Shown: positions 18,988 to 20,151 of the stretch, one piece after another
Layout of the letters: each line of letters starts with the position of its first letter
How positions within the stretch are numbered: position 1 is the stretch's first letter
Source of the DNA: Candidatus Subterrananammoxibius californiae
Lineage (GTDB): Bacteria; Planctomycetota; Brocadiia; Brocadiales; Subterrananammoxibiaceae
Assembly (NCBI GenBank): GCA_030586555.1
Contig: JAURAC010000043.1
Span: 1-20,151 of the forward strand
Length of the DNA: 20,151 bases
Direction of reading: 5' to 3'
Made by a program: the position numbers and the translations under genes
The notes under the pieces: generated by a model
The model's input: the letters and a program-made list of their open reading frames with translations, nothing else
The model's database searches: none
What the model was told of the DNA's origin: nothing

Positions 18988-19097
18988 TAATCTATGTCCC
19001 GGCTATCGCAGGTAGCACAGGTCGTATGCGCTACACTGGCGAAGCATTTCAAATTGCAATGGTTTATGAATTTTGGCATAAAAAAAGGGAGTGTAAT

Positions 19098-20151
19098 ATG
19101 TTTGGCAGACTAAAAACGTTTCATGGTAGTATTGTAACCCCTATTAAAAGCTTTAAAATGAGGCCATTGGCTTTTTTTACAGAAGCAAGCCTCGTTACAG
19201 GCAGGGTTTTTAACGGGGTAAGCGCCGTTTTCTTATTTATTTTTTTAACCTCCGCAGGTTTAACGGCTGACCCTGTTGTGGCTCAGCCTTCTGAGAATCC
19301 AGCTCCAATGTTCCACCATGATTTACAGCATACTGGCAGAAGCCCGCATGTAGGACCACAGACAAACGACCTTAAATGGAAATACCGTACAGGCGGCGAA
19401 ATCTGGGCTTCACCTGCTATAGATGCGGATGGTACTATATATACTGGTTCCTCTGACGGAACAATCTATGCAATAAGACCCAACGGCACCAATAAATGGA
19501 TATACCAGACAAGCGCCTCTATCGTATCATCCATTGCTATTGGGAAAGACGGTACTATTTATGTCGGCTCTACTAATAAAAAATTTTATGCCATTAAGCC
19601 TGATGGTACACTGAAATGGCAGCTAAAGGCTGGCGACCAAATTCATTCATCCCCAGCTATTGCCTCGGATGGCACAATTTATTTCGGTTCGCTCGATGGA
19701 AAGGTTTATGCCATCCAACAGGATGGTGCCCTTAAATGGAGCTTTAAGGCCAATGGCCCGATACTTTCATCTTCTCCTGCTATTTCTTCAGATGGGACAA
19801 TCTATATTGGTACAGAAGGTAATGCCATCCATGCTATTAATCCTGACGGTAGCCAGAAATGGCAATTTTCTACAGAAGCCAAGGTTGATTCTTCCCCATC
19901 TGTAGGTAACGATGGCACAATCTACGCAGGTGCTAATGACGGAAAACTCTATGCTATTAACCCTGACGGCACGCTAAAATGGAGCTACAATGTCGAGGGC
20001 TGGATTCATAGTTCGCCTTCTTTAGCCTCAGATGGTACAATATATTTTGGCGCCAAGGATGGCAAGCTTTACGCCCTGAGCAGAGACGGTAAGCTCAAAT
20101 GGAGCTATCCAACAGGGGATTCCATTTCTTCATCTGCAACCATTGACGCTG
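19098..20151 (+). CDS. Exported PQQ-like (BamB-type) beta-propeller repeat protein, 5' part; runs off the window and is absent from the ORF track
   Basis: AAGGGAG RBS, ATG 19098, open to the window end. Hydrophobic signal, PMFHHDLQHTGRS, then six complete 40-aa repeats (KW.......I.SSPAI..DGTIY.G..DG..YAI.PDG) and the start of a seventh. Confidence 0.93.
   Translation, partial: MFGRLKTFHGSIVTPIKSFKMRPLAFFTEASLVTGRVFNGVSAVFLFIFLTSAGLTADPVVAQPSENPAPMFHHDLQHTGRSPHVGPQTNDLKWKYRTGGEIWASPAIDADGTIYTGSSDGTIYAIRPNGTNKWIYQTSASIVSSIAIGKDGTIYVGSTNKKFYAIKPDGTLKWQLKAGDQIHSSPAIASDGTIYFGSLDGKVYAIQQDGALKWSFKANGPILSSSPAISSDGTIYIGTEGNAIHAINPDGSQKWQFSTEAKVDSSPSVGNDGTIYAGANDGKLYAINPDGTLKWSYNVEGWIHSSPSLASDGTIYFGAKDGKLYALSRDGKLKWSYPTGDSISSSATIDA

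Noticed and set aside
19002..19045. Known riboswitch (c-di-GMP, ZTP, fluoride) or group II intron domain V
   Set aside because: Only fragmentary resemblance (e.g. ACTGGCGA); the other conserved elements are not visible.
19660..19905. 81-aa ORF from the track
   Set aside because: Out-of-frame overlap with the beta-propeller gene.

Overview
Bacterial chromosomal window, probably from a Planctomycete (inferred mainly from the TPR + RNA-polymerase alpha-CTD gene; an anammox/Brocadiales-like host is plausible but unproven). The first ~2.3 kb is AT-rich and accessory. It holds the 3' end of a probable DUF262-type gene and a coupled HEPN gene that is split by a complete IS630-family element (TA duplication, short inverted repeats, -1 frameshifted DDE transposase). 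Next come cvpA, a convergent GT9 glycosyltransferase, two MNT (MntA-like) antitoxin genes whose HEPN partners are deleted or eroded, rmuC and an exported hypothetical protein. The rest is a + strand housekeeping run: TPR/tandem alpha-CTD protein, ruvA, ruvB, queH, SpoIID/LytB-like gene, tgt, yajC, an unusually long secDF with about five repeated periplasmic modules, a two-LysM membrane protein, and the 5' part of a PQQ-type beta-propeller gene that the ORF track missed. Several families of very small palindromes are scattered across the window. Many sit in-frame inside genes, one is nested inside another copy of itself, and two families contain CTNAG. GTAG-type REPs and heptamer inverted repeats occur at gene ends. 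All calls are by eye from motifs; no database searches were run.
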